From: Gemmatales bacterium
Lineage (GTDB): Bacteria > Planctomycetota > Planctomycetia > Gemmatales > HRBIN36
Direction of reading: 5' to 3'
Assembly: GCA_041640595.1 (NCBI GenBank)
Contig: JBEPZY010000002.1
Coordinates: 1-38,431 of the forward strand
Length of the DNA stretch: 38,431 nucleotides
In this document: piece after piece, positions 36,950 through 38,431 of the stretch
Numbering within the stretch: position 1 is the first letter of the stretch
Layout: every line of letters starts with the position of its first letter
Position numbers and translations under genes: made by a program
Notes under the pieces: generated by a model
Seen by the model: the letters and a program-made list of their open reading frames with translations, nothing else
Databases searched by the model: none
What the model was told of the DNA's origin: nothing

Positions 36950-38431
36950 ACCGGCGGGCTGACGCCCGCCGTGGTTCCGTGAACCGAACGCCGTGCGAAT
37001 CGAATGTGTTCGATGACCGGCGAACAGACGCAATCAAGAGCGGCGGGCGTGAGCCCGCCGTGGGTCTGGTAACGCAGTTGCAATTGCGGACGCTTTCGTC
37101 CAGCGACCCGCGTCAGCCCGCCGCTGGTCGGAAACCACGGTTGCAACGGCAACGCGCTGGATTTCCACGTTTCGAGTTCGCATACCGAATACATCCCACG
37201 GGGGGCTTACGCCCCCGCTCTTGTTGCAGAGCGAACGTTTATCGGCGAAAAACGATTTTTGCGATGCACGAACGCGGGTTCACAAGAGCGGCGGGCGTGA
37301 GCCCGCCGTGGGTCTGGTAACTCAGTTGCAACGGTGTTAGTGGATAAACAACCGGCCCATCGCCTCTGCGCGATAATTGCGGTGTTGCCGCTGCAAGTGC
37401 GTTTCTCGAAACCACGGCTGGCTTACGCCAGCCGCTCCTGGTTGCACGCACGCAGGTCGTTGCAGAAAAGCGGTTGCAATTTGCAACGGCGTTTTGTTTC
37501 CCACGGGGGGCTTACGCACCCCGCTCTTACGTTGCAGTGTGAGTGTTTGTCGGCGAAAAACGATTTTTGCGATGCACGAACGCAGGTTCACAAGAGCGGC
37601 AGGCGTGAGCCCGCCGTGGGTATGAGTAACGCAACTGCAATTGTGGGCGCTTTCGTCCAACGGCGGGCGTCAGCCCGGCGCGGTATGTGAGTAGCGCAAT
37701 TGGAATTGCGGACGCTTTCGTCCGGGGACCAGCGTTAGCCCGCCGTTGGTCGGAAACTACGTTTGCGACGGCAACGCGCTGGATTTCCGCGTTTCGAGTT
37801 CGCATACCGAGTACATCCCACGGGGGGCTTACGCCCCCCGCTCTTGTTGCAGTGCGAACGTTTGTTGGCGAGAAAACGATTTTCGCGATGCACGAACGCA
37901 CATGCACAAGAGCGGCGGGCGTGAGCCCGCCGTGCGTGTAAGGGAAGCGCACTTGCAGGAACGCTTCCGCAAAGTCGCGGGAGACTGCCGGCGGTGTGCT
38001 CGTGAACGCCGGCGCAGGCCCAGTAGCGAACCCACGGGGGCTTACGCCCCCCGCTCTTGGTGCAGTGCGAACGTTTGCCGGCGAAAAAACGATTTTTGCG
38101 ATGCGCTAACGCACATTCACAAGAGCGGCGGGCGTGAGCCCGCCGTGGTTCGGTGAACCGAGCGCTGTGCCGCGGAAACCACGCACTGTTCGGTGACCAC
38201 GCGACGCAGGAACAAGAGCGGCGGGCGTGAGCCCGCCGTGGTTCGGTGAACCGAGCGCTGTGCCGCGGAAACCACGCACTGTTCGGTGACCACGCGACGC
38301 AGGAACAAGAGCGGCGGGCGTGAGCCCGCCGTGGTTCGGTGAACCGAGCGCTGTGCCGCGGAAACCACGCACTGTTCGGTGACCACGCGACGCAGGAACA
38401 AGAGCGGCGGGCGTGAGCCCGCCGTGGGTCT
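36950..38431. repeat. Second REP/REPIN-like mosaic array, same family as 13942-17215 but inverted; ends in perfect 93-bp tandem units; truncated by the window edge
   Basis: CACGGGGGGCTTACGCCCCCGCTCTTG...CAAGAGCGGCGGGCGTGAGCCCGCCGTG doublets; identical units start at 38120, 38213, 38306 and 38399. Confidence 0.9.

Noticed and set aside
36727..38401. ORFs in the second array
   Set aside because: They are the same palindrome-derived peptides, with no RBS or domain evidence.

Overview
This is a GC-rich bacterial window with Planctomycetota hallmarks: an N-terminal 'LRFEQLEDRTVP' motif, a TIGR03067-like protein and a Cys/Val-rich envelope-type protein. Housekeeping and metabolic genes (GT4 + GH130 pair, tsaD, selB-selA, an enolase-superfamily enzyme, tRNA-Val(TAC), an ArnT-like GT, TPM, HEAT and PQQ-propeller proteins) are interleaved with many repeat tracts. 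Highlights: (1) a deiodinase-like selenoprotein split in the ORF track by an in-frame UGA that is followed by a SECIS-like hairpin, with selA/selB about 14 kb away. (2) A three-gene cassette of DNA methyltransferase, catalytically degenerate double-LAGLIDADG-like protein and short PD-(D/E)XK nuclease; it carries two lesions and is followed by a 3-repeat array with a 65-bp period. (3) Two large mosaic arrays of REP/REPIN-like palindromes, one holding two copies of the selA 3' end. (4) An orphan tandem Csx3-like + P-loop protein. (5) A secreted WD40 protein with near-identical repeats that vary at a few codons. All family calls come from motif recognition by eye; no database searches were run.
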